Assembly (NCBI RefSeq): GCF_036365525.1
Contig: NC_090404.1
Location: 3,224,001 to 3,288,000, forward strand
Source of the DNA: Heterodontus francisci
Taxonomy: Eukaryota
DNA length: 64,000 nt
Direction of reading: 5' to 3'
Positions 38,414-48,949 of this stretch are shown here, one piece after another (position 1 is the stretch's first letter; every line of letters begins with the position of its first letter). Position numbers and translations under genes: made by a program. The notes under the pieces are model-generated. The model ran no database searches, had not been told where the DNA came from, and was given only the letters and a program-made list of their open reading frames with translations.

Positions 38414-38879
38414 CACATCATTCAATCTCTTAGCAAAAATCTCCTCGTTTGTAATATGTTCCTGCTTCAGTTTCCGAGTTGCCCCGACAACCATTTTAAT
38501 AAGATCATAAACCCATTGGAAAAATTCTTCAGAAAGAAAACACTTTGAGCTGTTTGTAATAATGCCAAACGCTATCGGATATGACTGTTCAATTCTGTAT
38601 AGGTCTAACCATCCATTTATCTGGGCATTTATGCCGCCCCCCCCCCCCCCCCCATTATCCTTGTTAGTTAGGCATGCAGAATAATATATAACTGCCTTAT
38701 ATCCATCTTTTGCTGGTTTTTCTACCTTGCTGCAATGTCGAAGAGCCGATACCGGTGTCCAGGGAACAATGGAAATGGAAACATAACAAGTCCCACTCTC
38801 TAATATATCCCCAAATCTCAAGCCATTTCACCATGCATCAATCATATTATTAAATAAATGACACGTTTAGGGCACTCAC

Positions 38880-38941
38880 TGGGCTCCACTGTTAGCTTTG
38901 TTCCTTTGCCAAAGGTTAGCTTGTTCACTCCTGAAGTTACA
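38880..38941 (-). CDS. TRAJ: J w52 VTSGVNKLTFGKGTKLTVEP
   Basis: Consensus RSS cacagtg/12/acaaaaacc; donor GTGAG. Confidence 0.92.
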
Positions 38942-39992
38942 CACAGTGTTGTCCTCCCTGACAAAAACCTCAGCACTCTGACCCCCGATTGCATAAGCAC
39001 AAACCTATGCAGTAAGCCAACAATCACAATTATAAAGTAAATCAAGAGAAAATGTTTCCACTGACAGAAGGTTCGGTAACCAGAGTCACAGATTGGAGAA
39101 AAGAGCCAGAGGAGAGCTGAAGATTTTTTCTTGAAGCACAGCGAGCTTATTGTGATCTGAATCTGTCTGAAAGTGTGGTGGAAGCAGATTCAATAGGAAC
39201 TCTAGAGGAATTCTCAAAAGAGAATTGGATAAATAATTGAAGTGGAACAAATACAGGACTGGGGAAAATAACAAGGGAGTGGGATTAATTGAATCGGTCT
39301 ACCAAAGAGCCGCCCCATGCTTGACGGGCCGAACTACCTCTTTTCATTCTGGATCATTCTATCATTCTATGGCCTCGGATTTCCCGCCAGATGACAGCAA
39401 TGACAATTTTCCCCATTCTCTTTCTCACACCTTATAGCCTGTCCACACCAACTTGCTCTAAATTGGGGGACAGGTTGACTAAATGCCCCAACAACTCTCA
39501 TTTAAATGCGTTATACCAGCAGGGCGCTCATTACAGCCTGAAGTACGTTGGGATAAAGGTACAATTGTGAAAACCTAATCCAACTAGCACCTTCCCTTCC
39601 AGTATAAATCAATTCATCTCAATTCTGACCCTTCTGTATTCCCAAAGTGAACTCAGACTCAGCTCTGATATCCATGGGTATATCGTTCCAATTCTGCACT
39701 CGGATATATCCCGTCTATAAATAAAGCTGGGGTATGTATTCAGTTTATTGTACACCATTATATAAATGGGTTACACTGAAATAAGTGGTACATTTTATAC
39801 GCCGCTTTTCTGTTCACTCAGTTTTTTAATGGGATTGGTCTTCCTGATTTTGCATCATGTTTGTAAAAAATGCTGACCAGTCCTAGGACGGAGGTCTGAT
39901 AACTAAATATTCCTAGCTGTTGCACAAATGTTTTGCTTCTTGTAACTTTTATCCAACTGCAAAAACACAAACATAGATCTTCCAATACTCAC

Positions 39993-40061
39993 TCGGTTCG
40001 ACAGTCAGTTTGGTCCCACTTCCAAATATTAGCCTGTTCAGCCCGCCTCCCCCATACTTCA
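39993..40061 (-). CDS. TRAJ: J w53 KYGGGGLNRLIFGSGTKLTVEP (longest J, 69 bp)
   Basis: RSS cacagcc/12/acaaaaact; donor GTGAG. Confidence 0.9.
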
Positions 40062-40650
40062 CACAGCCTCAACTGCCTTTACAAAAACTCAGGTAGGACC
40101 AGTGATCTAGCTTTCTCCCTCTTAGCCTCAGCATAGCTACGGAAAGACCTCAATTAGGTCGCCCCCAGTCTTCTCTCCTCTATAGGATAATCTTCCCAAT
40201 AGGTGTAGCCTTTCAGTTCTGGTAGCATTCCAGTGAATCCATTTTACATGTTCTCTAGAACCTCTATGACCCTTTCTATAATACGGAGACCAGAACTGCG
40301 AGTGTGGTTTAATCAAGGTCCAACACACGTATAACATTCCTCCTGTACTTTTCAATTCTATCCCACTAGAAATAAACCCAAGTGCTTTGTTTTTATAATG
40401 ATCTTATTAACTGAATCTCTTTATTCACTGACTTGTGTATCTGGTTTCTGATTATGTTAAATTTACATATCTATATTTCTTGATGACGCTTTGAAGGAAA
40501 TGCCCCTCTATCGATTTCCAGACTTCTGCAGACTATTCCAACTATGCTGAAATGGTTGAATTCAAATGTTCAACTTACTGCATAAAGCTCTTCCATCAGG
40601 GCAGTAATCTCACACTGGAATCAGTTAGAAAGCAGAACTGGAAAATTCTC

Positions 40651-40710
40651 TGGCTGCCACAGTTAGTTTGGTTCAACTTCCAAATATTGACTTGCTATCA
40701 TCTTCTGATC
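40651..40710 (-). pseudogene. Decayed J, SEDDSKSIFGS*TKLTVAA
   Basis: FGSG changed to FGS-stop, donor GA, no recognisable RSS. Confidence 0.7.
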
Positions 40711-40889
40711 GATAATTCTTAGTCTTTAACTTCTCCTTACAATACTACCACACACAGGCACAAACAACCATCCAGAGGCTGTTCTCTTCCCTTACTGGAG
40801 ACAACAATTGCTTATTTTGGATTCTTACATTGAATTTAAGGAGGAAAGATAAGCATATGCAGCCTCCGTCTTATCCAGTTACATTCAGT

Positions 40890-41247
40890 TGGTGGCTAGT
40901 AACCCAGAGACTTCGACCAGTGCTCTGTGGACATGCGTTCAAATCCCACCACGGCATAAGGTGGACTTGAAATTTAATTAATCAATCTGGAATTTTTTTT
41001 TTAAGAAAACGAGTCTAATATAATCATTGTTGATTGTTGTAAAAACCCATTCGGTTCACTATTGGCCTCAAGGGAAGGACATCTGCTGTCCTTACCTGGT
41101 CTCGCCTACATGTGACTCCAGACTCACAGACTCTTAACTGCCCTCGGAAATGGCCTAGCAAACCACTCAGTTGTCAAAGGCAATTAGGGATGGGCAGCAA
41201 ATGCTGGTCTTGCCAGCGATGCCCACATCCCAAGACAATTTCATTTT
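40890..41247 (+). mobile_element. tRNA-derived SINE (same family as 37118-37483)
   Basis: gcgttcaaatcccaccacggc B-box; shared body gtaaaaaccca..ggttcact..gggaagga..gtgactccagac. Confidence 0.75.
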
Positions 41248-41856
41248 TAAAATCTCCTCCATCGAACTTTTCAGGTTGCATTGCAGTGTTACTGTAAGTG
41301 GAGGGTGTTCTAAATGATTTCTCTAATAGATACTCTGCTGAAGCGTCTGTTATTATATCGGTGGAGTCAATAAAAGTAGAACTTCCATGAACCAGAATAG
41401 CCTCCAATTGAATAGAATGGGGTTCAACTTCGATAATTTAACATATATATAGTCATACACTTCCTGTCAGACTACAATTAACAAATAAGAAGTGTAGTGA
41501 TATTACTCAGATCAGCATCCCATTAGTTTAGAAACAGAAAAGTGTGACACTAGTATATACTATGTAATAAAGCAATTTCTAAAACCGCCTGACAATACAA
41601 GTTGTCAAGCCATTTTTCGACTATTCGAAGAATATTTTGGAGACACTGGACATTTTTGTCCGTTTTTTTCCCGACATGGTGCTACTGAAATATGGCGGGA
41701 GTCAATTACTTGCTAAGTGGTAACCCTCCCGTACCTATCCCTGTTTGTATCTACCTCAACCTTATGATTTTGATTCATTTCATGGTCAACACTCGAGCTG
41801 CAGAGTTCGTTCTATAGTGTGGATACGAATAACACACGATCATACCAACTACTTAC

Positions 41857-41922
41857 TCGGTACCACGGTGACTGTAGTCCCTGAGCCGAAGATGTGCTTA
41901 TTCCCTGTACCTCCATAAGCCA
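41857..41922 (-). CDS. TRAJ: J w54 AYGGTGNKHIFGSGTTVTVVP
   Basis: RSS cacatcg/12/acaataacc; donor GTAAG. Confidence 0.83.
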
Positions 41923-42240
41923 CACATCGATAAACACCCGAACAATAACCTCAAATACAACGCACCATCGCCTCTCATTTGTTCATCTTGATTTCACCTT
42001 ATTCTTTTCACCGGCACAGCCAGTCTGCAATAATATGGCTATTGATTACCTCCAATATACAGTTATTAATTCTATCATTGTGATTAATCACAGACTCAGC
42101 TCCAACGCCAACCCTCTAATTATATTTTGCACGTTTGTATCTTGCTGATATAGCATTCGCCTGTTTATTTGCCAAATGTTACCAATAAGGAAATATTTGC
42201 CGTTTGAACAATTGCCCTCAAATGATTTTCCGATACTTAC

Positions 42241-42306
42241 TGGGTTCGACTGACAATTGCGTTCCCTTTCCAAATATTAACTGGCCAGCTACTCCTCCAG
42301 CATTCA
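42241..42306 (-). CDS. TRAJ: J w55 NAGGVAGQLIFGKGTQLSVEP
   Basis: RSS cacattg/12/acaaaaacc; donor GTAAG. Confidence 0.9.
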
Positions 42307-42895
42307 CACATTGTGAAACGCACTTACAAAAACCTCAAGCACTGCAACAGGGAGTCCAATGCGGAACCTCCACGGGGCAGAAGGAAGCCCACTGTACCAA
42401 TGCTGACCCCAATTTCAGATTCTTCAGATCCACGGTAACTTCATCTCAAAGACAATGAATTCATTGGTGCAAACTTTTACATCCCTTGTTCCAGCCCTGT
42501 TGTCTGCTGGGATGATTTGCACCCAGGGTTATTGTCAGTAAAGTACGGCATAATGTTTGAGCATTTGAATTCCCTATGGGAGCTCTGGTTAGGGGAGACC
42601 TAGTTAGCGTTTGGTGAAACCTAACACAAAAATAAACCTTATCTCAGGGTTGCCTGAATTGTTCATTGTTTTCATTATGCTATTCCCATCTTTGCTCCTG
42701 GGCCTGCGTATTTTGTTAAGCATTAAGATCGATAACATGGACTTAACCTGGGTTAAGAAGGCAGCTCACTACCAACTTGGATGGACAAAGATGTTGGGCT
42801 TGTCTGTGCTGGCCATATCCCCAAAATTAATTCATTAAAAAACATCTTTGTGCTGAGAGAAGGAAATGATAAACTATTTACACCTGACAACTTAC

Positions 42896-42958
42896 TGGGC
42901 TGGACAATCATTCTAGTTACAGCTCCGAATGTGAGCTTCCCTGATATTCCAGTCTTCA
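42896..42958 (-). CDS. TRAJ: J w56 KTGISGKLTFGAVTRMIVQP (atypical FGAV)
   Basis: RSS cacagtg/12/acaaaatct; donor GTAAG. Confidence 0.8.
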
Positions 42959-43182
42959 CACAGTGCTAAACTGCTTGACAAAATCTACCCCACGGCAGCT
43001 ATAACGGCAGTTGTATTAACATTCACTCGAATGCTCACTTAGCGTCACTACAGTTGCGCCTTTTTAAGGTGAATTTTTGTTTCCTGTCATTTTCTCTGTT
43101 ATATCAGCGTAAAATCCGCATTTAATAGAACTGGAAAAACGTTTTGATGCCTTTTCCAGCCAGCTCTTGGCATTTTACTTAC

Positions 43183-43242
43183 TTGCTTCTACAGATACCT
43201 TTGACCCGCTTCCAAATGTCAGTTTCATACCTGCATAATCCA
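43183..43242 (-). CDS. TRAJ: J w57 DYAGMKLTFGSGSKVSVEA
   Basis: RSS cacgatg/12/acaataaaa (weak); donor GTAAG. Confidence 0.78.
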
Positions 43243-43309
43243 CACGATGCCAAGTGGCATGACAATAAAAGCGTATTGGTAGAGAAACCCACGTTTGCTT
43301 ATTTTCAGG

Positions 43310-44275
43310 AGCGTAGGAAGAGGAATGGGACACTCAGTCCCTTGAGCCTATCTCGCCATTCTATTAGTTGATGTACCTCAGCTCGATTTACTTGCTCTTA
43401 CACCATCTGTCATGATCCCCTTGCTGAAGATGGGATATCGAAACCGGAATTCAGACCCTCGAATCTAACAGCAATCTAACGGATCACAACGGTTGAGATT
43501 TCAATTTAGCTAATATCTGCTGTCTTTTGGTGAAGGTTTCCAAATTTCTGTGACACTTTTGTGTGAAGAAAGTGCATCCTGATTTTATTCCTAAAAGTGC
43601 TCAGCTCTGAGGCTCGAATCCCTTCTTCTGTATTTCCCCACCAGAGGGAGTAGTTGATCTGCATTTACCGTTTATCGTTTCATTCCCTCGATTCGAGCAT
43701 CCCTCAACCTTCCGAGCTCCAGGGCTGTTTGTTCCATCACTCCCCGTAATGTAACCCTTTGAACCCCGATATCATCCTGCTGAATCTTTTCTACACCCTC
43801 CTCCAAGGCCTGTACATCCCTGCTGAGGGGCAGGCAGTGCCTAAAACTGAATGCACTCCTCCAGAGAGGGTCTGGCCAGGACTCTCTACAATTGAAGCAT
43901 AACCTCCTGGCTTTGATATTCCAGCCCATGTGTGATGAAGAGCAATAGCCCAAATGTTGTTAAACATGTGCACTAATGTTTAGTTCTTTGTCTACAAGGT
44001 TGACTAGATTCCTTGGTTCCTACCCTTCTCCGGGCCTCTCGCCATTAAGAAATTATTTCAATTTGTTTTTCTAGGTGGCAAAGTGAGCGACCTCACCCTG
44101 TGCCACATTGGACTCCATCTGTCACAGCTTTTACCCGTTAACTTAGTCCGTCCATCTCCCTTTGGATTTGTCTGTCATACAACCTAACGTAGTGTCAACT
44201 CAAGCATGGAAAACCAATTCTCCATTCTTTCATCCATGTCATGAACTTATGGTAAAAAGTTGAGACCCCGGACAG
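43310..44275 (-). mobile_element. Old CR1-type LINE fragment
   Basis: Degenerate ORF2 C-terminus (DVQALEEGVEK..LELGRLR) on -. Confidence 0.6.
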
Positions 44276-44636
44276 AGAGTTTCTTTCTTAGAATGTTCTA
44301 ATATTATTTTTGTCAAATGCCATTTCAGTTAGTGGGCAGGGAAGGCAGACAGACAAAGCAATGCAGGGCACTGCCTTTTCAATAACTGAACCTTCTCTCT
44401 GTTGACCACTCTACTAGTAATGAATAACGGACCTGTTTTTTCCTTCAAATGCAGGTAGAGTGTTGTGCTTTAACCCGACTGGCAACACTCTTTGAAAGGA
44501 TTATGTTGTGCTTCTCGAACCTTTAGCATCGTTTTCAGCGCTTTCCCTCTCCCCAATTTCATCCATTTTTTTGTCTATTTTCTCCGCTGCAACTGCCCAG
44601 GGTCAGCAAACACTACGTGTAAATCAAAATACTTAC

Positions 44637-44699
44637 TGGGTACTATGAAGAGTTTAGTTCCACCGCCGAATGTAAGCGTGTCGCTTCCAGTTTGGGACA
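44637..44699 (-). CDS. TRAJ: J w58 SQTGSDTLTFGGGTKLFIVP
   Basis: Consensus RSS cacagtg/12/acaaaaacc; donor GTAAG. Confidence 0.92.
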
Positions 44700-45304
44700 C
44701 ACAGTGTCACAATATAGGACAAAAACCCCGACCCTGCCAAATCACTGCACCCGTGCACCCATCTCCGTCTCTGCATTAGTTACACTTCTCCTTGCATTTA
44801 GCTTTCGCCTTCTGTTCGCTTCCATTTGACTTTCCAACCTAAGCCTCATCCCACCAAGTCAATCAGGTCGCTTTCATACTCGTTTAGAAATATATATGAT
44901 AATGTTTGATAAGAAATATGCAGAATTCCCCAAAAATGTACATTTCAAAATACAAATCGGTAACATCTGACTTTAATTCGAAAGAGCACAGGGGGAAAAC
45001 TGCATTAGAATCTGAACTATGAGTTTTATGCACTAATAATATAATAATGATTTGAATTAAGTGCTATACTCAGTTATTCTTTATTCACTAACGATTAGGT
45101 TATATTTCAAATAATCATGAATGTATGATTTTTCATCGTGTCTATTACCCTCCCGTTTGACAAAGTAGGTGGAAATGTATTTTACTGCGATGGAGTTGGT
45201 ATTGAAGATAACAGCTAGCGTAATCATTAAATAAAGCCTTTGGAGTAATCACTGGACATACATACAGTTCAATCCCGCATCAAACAAAGCCAAAGAAAAC
45301 TCAC

Positions 45305-45367
45305 TCGGTTCTACAGAAAGCTTGGTCCCGCTTCCAAAGATGAGACTGTAACCTGATCCTTGATTCA
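45305..45367 (-). CDS. TRAJ: J w59 NQGSGYSLIFGSGTKLSVEP
   Basis: RSS cacagta/12/acaaaaaca; donor GTGAG. Confidence 0.9.
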
Positions 45368-45694
45368 CACAGTAAAAAACACCACAACAAAAACATAACC
45401 AGCACACACCTTGCCTATGGTAATCGTATTTCTTCCAATGAATTTGATGTATAGCAGAACGATGATGATAAAGAAAGAACGTGAAAATATATAGCGATGT
45501 TAAAGACTTCAGGACAACACACAGCGCTTCAAATCCAATTGAAGTACTTTTGTTTTGAAGTGTGGTATTCATACTGTTATTATCCGCATTGTCATCCTCC
45601 GAATCTCCTTCATGCATTTTGCATTTGACCCTGTTCATTGTTATTGCTGTTTCTCTGAATTCTAATGTACATTTTGGACCGAGCGTTTCCAAAA

Positions 45695-46077
45695 GGGTGG
45701 AATTTTAACTGTGGATGAAAGGGAGAAATGTGCGATGTTGCATGAGCCGCCCATTGTACGCCCGCCCGATTTTCCTTCCTCACGGACTTCAGTAGAAAGG
45801 AAAATCGGGCGAGGTGTAAAACAAGCCGCAGATTCTACATCGCCTGGGGCTGAAGTCCACCCCGGGCGGCGGCGCAGAACAGGCGATGTCAGATTGACTA
45901 CTTGCTCTCTGTGCAGCTCTTGACATTTAGTTCCATTGCAGTCAATCCAACGGAATATCAGGCGCTCCAGATAATGGGCAGCCAATCCAATACCGCCACT
46001 TTTGCGTCTCTGCTAGAGAGAACTTTCACCGCCTTCCCACCCATTTGCACCAGGTGCCCAAAGTTAAAATTTACCCC
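45695..46077. mobile_element. Putative MITE (non-autonomous DNA transposon)
   Basis: GC-rich island bounded by imperfect 16-bp inverted ends gggtggaattttaact / agttaaaatttacccc (13/16); internal perfect 15-bp inverted repeat. Confidence 0.55.
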
Positions 46078-46294
46078 ATTGTTTGCACAAGGGGAATGGC
46101 ACATTCATACACATTTCACTCCCAAGTTCACAACTCCAACTTGCTTTTATATATCATTACCTTAGCAACCCGTCCCAAGACACTTACAGAAGCAGTACCT
46201 AACAAAAGGTGGCACCAAGACCCATAAAGATATATCAGGATAGAAGACTAAAACACCTGGCCAAAGAGGTAGGTTTTAAGCGGTGGTTAATGTA

Positions 46295-46540
46295 GAATCT
46301 ATCTATCTTTCTAGCTATCCTTCACTCTTTCTATCGTCTCTCTCTATCCAGTTTTCCATCTATCCTTCACTCTTTCTATCCTTCTCTGATTCTATCCAAC
46401 TTTCTCCCTTTCATTTTCCTTTCACCCGCAACCAGAGGAAATAGTCTTCCCGAATTTACTCTTTCTAATCCCTTCATAATTTTATAAAATTCTATTAAAA
46501 TTCCGCTGCCCTCTCCAATTTACTGGAAATAGACACAATA
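46295..46540. repeat. CT-rich simple repeat plus CR1-derived block, duplicated at ~47345-47655
   Basis: Shared ctttctcccttt..cagaggaaata..ccgaatttactc..cccttcataa..ctggaaata.acacaata. Confidence 0.7.
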
Positions 46541-46826
46541 GCGAGTTGAAGAGCTCTGGGGAGGGAATTCCAGATTTTGGGGCCAAGGCAGATTAAGGCA
46601 CGGCCTCGGAGGGGATTTTAACACACGGATGTGAATTTTAAAATGAGGACGGCATCCCTTTCTGAATTATCCCTTATAATGTCCCATACCTGGACGGAAA
46701 TATAGTGAGAGATGAAGAGGCGGTCCCATCTGGACCTTGCTTTGCTTGGGCAGTTGCTTCGAATTTTCACGGAGGAAAGGGATCCACTGCACTACTTTCA
46801 CTGTGTAGACACTGAAATCGACTTAC

Positions 46827-46892
46827 TGGGTTGGACTGTGAGAGTGGTCCCACTCCCAAAGCTCGTCTTCCATCCTCCTGTTCCTATATTCA
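46827..46892 (-). CDS. TRAJ: J w60 NIGTGGWKTSFGSGTTLTVQP
   Basis: RSS cacagca/12/acaaaaaga; donor GTAAG. Confidence 0.87.
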
Positions 46893-47178
46893 CACAGCAG
46901 TTCAAGCCCTGACAAAAAGACTCTGGTTTCACAGCGTCAACCAACCCAGAAGAGCAGCAACACAAGACAAACAGAGAACATGTTATAAAGTCTGGGAGTT
47001 GTTGCTAAAAAGGAAAAATGGGTGTGAGGGAGGAGGGGTGAGCGGATTGGGATTTCAACTAACTAGAAGAAGAAGCTCAGTTGATAAGCATGTCGGCGCT
47101 GCCTGGACTCCGCGCTTGTTCCAGTACAGCCACATTTTAACGTGGAAGCAGCCGCGGCAGAACATCTTAAACACTTAC

Positions 47179-47239
47179 TTCACCAACAGCTCCGTTCCAC
47201 TTCCAAATGTTAGTTTGTGACCAACTGCTCCAGAAATCC
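47179..47239 (-). pseudogene. TRAJ: J w61 ISGAVGHKLTFGSGTELLV, donor in the wrong phase
   Basis: Ends GTG AA|GTAAG (phase 2, 5 nt short); RSS cactgtg/12/gcaaacaaa. Confidence 0.75.
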
Positions 47240-47819
47240 CACTGTGCTGCAAAGCTTAGCAAACAAAAAAACTGGATGACGTCCAGATGGTCAACCTGAA
47301 TAACCCATCAGGAAACATCCTGTAATAGGAGTTCTCTGAGTTTTGTTTTCTATCTATCCTTCTCTCTTGCTATCTATATATTTCTCTCTCTCTATCTATC
47401 TTTATATCTATCCTTCACTCTTTCTTCCCTTCTCTCTATCTATCCTTCTCTCTCACGATCTATCTTTCTATTTATCTTTCACTTTTTCTATCCTTCTCTG
47501 ATTCCATCAAACTTTCTCCCTTTTATTTTCCTTTCTTTCCCAAACAGAGGAAATAATTTTTCCGAATTTACTCCTTTTAAACCCTTCATAACTTAATAAA
47601 ATTCGATTGAAATTCCACCGCCGTCTCCAGTTTTCTGGAAATAAACACAATACCTTAGATTTCTCCTCCAAACGCACTCTTGATCCTTTCCCCCCTTATT
47701 GTCTCCCATCAGTTATGCCTGGATTTGCATTCCAGTTATTGTATACAATGACTTCTGGATCAGACACCTTGTATATTATTTACACCAGGAAGAAACACAA
47801 TAATTTTGCAATTACTCAC

Positions 47820-47885
47820 TCGGTGTTACCAACAGTTTGGTCCCTTTACCAAACTTAAGCGGATCAGCTGCTGATCCAGAAGTCA
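47820..47885 (-). CDS. TRAJ: J w62 TSGSAADPLKFGKGTKLLVTP
   Basis: RSS cacggtg/12/acaaaaacc; donor GTGAG. Confidence 0.9.
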
Positions 47886-48550
47886 CACGGTGTCACATAC
47901 ATTAACAAAAACCTGCAGTAGTGCAATTAAAATCTGTGACCTTGACCATTGAGCTTGCAGTCTCCAACTGCAGTTATGTCATTATTGGTCCATCGCCTCT
48001 AAGTACAGAGGGTAACGGTTAAGTACAACAGCAATCGTGTTTTGTAAGGATCACTGACTCGAAACCGTTAGGACAATTATTTTGTTGCCCTATCGCCGAA
48101 TCAAATGCTTCGATTTCATTCACATTTTCAATCTTCTACTTTTCTGAATTGAACCTTTATAATATCCTTAGTTGGTGAAGTCTCAATTAAAAAACAAACA
48201 CTGGAATTATTATGAATGGGGTTGGACCGCTGGTCACAGGCAAGGGTAGGGGTGGGGGAGGGGGAGGGGGTGAAGCAGTGACTAGGTCAAGCTTGAAGAG
48301 AAAATCGAATAATCAGTTGAGACAAATTCAGAAGCAGATCTTTGGAGAGAGAACAGTTCGTGACCATTGATAGGTAGCTGTAGAGAGGAATAAGCAGGAG
48401 AGTAATGGACTGAATGCCTTGGGCCTTAGTCTTTTACACTTTCATAGTCGGATAGATAATAACTCGATTATCATCAGGATACCTTTTAAAATCTATTTTC
48501 AGAATATCACTTCACCATTTTGGGGCAATAAAGATGAGCAAGGTACTCAC

Positions 48551-48616
48551 TCGGTTCCATTATCAGACTGGTCCCACTTCCCAGCAGCAGTTTGCTGGAT
48601 ACTGCTCCATACTCCA
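48551..48616 (-). CDS. TRAJ: J w63 EYGAVSSKLLLGSGTSLIMEP (atypical LGSG; most 5' complete J)
   Basis: RSS cacagtg/12/tcaagaact; donor GTGAG. Confidence 0.8.
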
Positions 48617-48709
48617 CACAGTGATATCTGTCTGATCAAGAACTGCTGCCCACGAAACAAAAACGAAAACGAGTTCCCTGCCTATGACTTTCTATTCATA
48701 ATGCACATC

Positions 48710-48926
48710 TTTAGTAATCTCCCTCTGCTGGACTCTATCTGTATTACACGCACACAACCATACATTTAACAATCTCCCCTTTGCTGGAATCTATCTAAAG
48801 CACACACTTTCGACACACAGCGACACAAACACACGCAATCTCCCCTCTGCTCGACTCTTACTGTCCACACACTTAAACACGCACAGACGGGTACCTTCAG
48901 CAAACTCCCCTCTGCTGGATTCTATC
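48710..48926. repeat. Degenerate left part of the minisatellite (about 4 units)
   Basis: aatctcccctctgctgga(c/t)tct units separated by CA-rich linkers. Confidence 0.75.
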
Positions 48927-48949
48927 AATAAATAAATATATCAATAAAT

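Larger units (their letters stand above)
616..48644 (-). other. TRAJ: T-cell receptor alpha J-segment cluster (63 J segments with 12-RSS plus decayed remnants)
   Basis: Recurring plus-strand pattern CTTAC/CCTAC/CTCAC (GT donor on -), 51-69 bp exon with FGxG, CAC-type heptamer, 12 bp, (A/G)CAAAAAC(C/T) nonamer. All segments share one orientation and no D, V or C segment was seen. The large J number with 12-RSS matches TRA rather than TRB, TRD or TRG. Confidence 0.9.

Noticed and set aside
39548-39610. Faint J-like reading (KVLVGLG..FIP)
   Set aside because: No RSS or donor; too degenerate
42375-42460. cacggta with an NLKLGSA reading
   Set aside because: No donor and no nonamer at 12 bp
4711-45692. 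ORF-track proteins containing FGxG (e.g. 4711-5079, 7771-8052, 45249-45692) as standalone genes
   Set aside because: They are read-throughs of J exons into RSS and intron sequence; only the ~60-bp exon is coding
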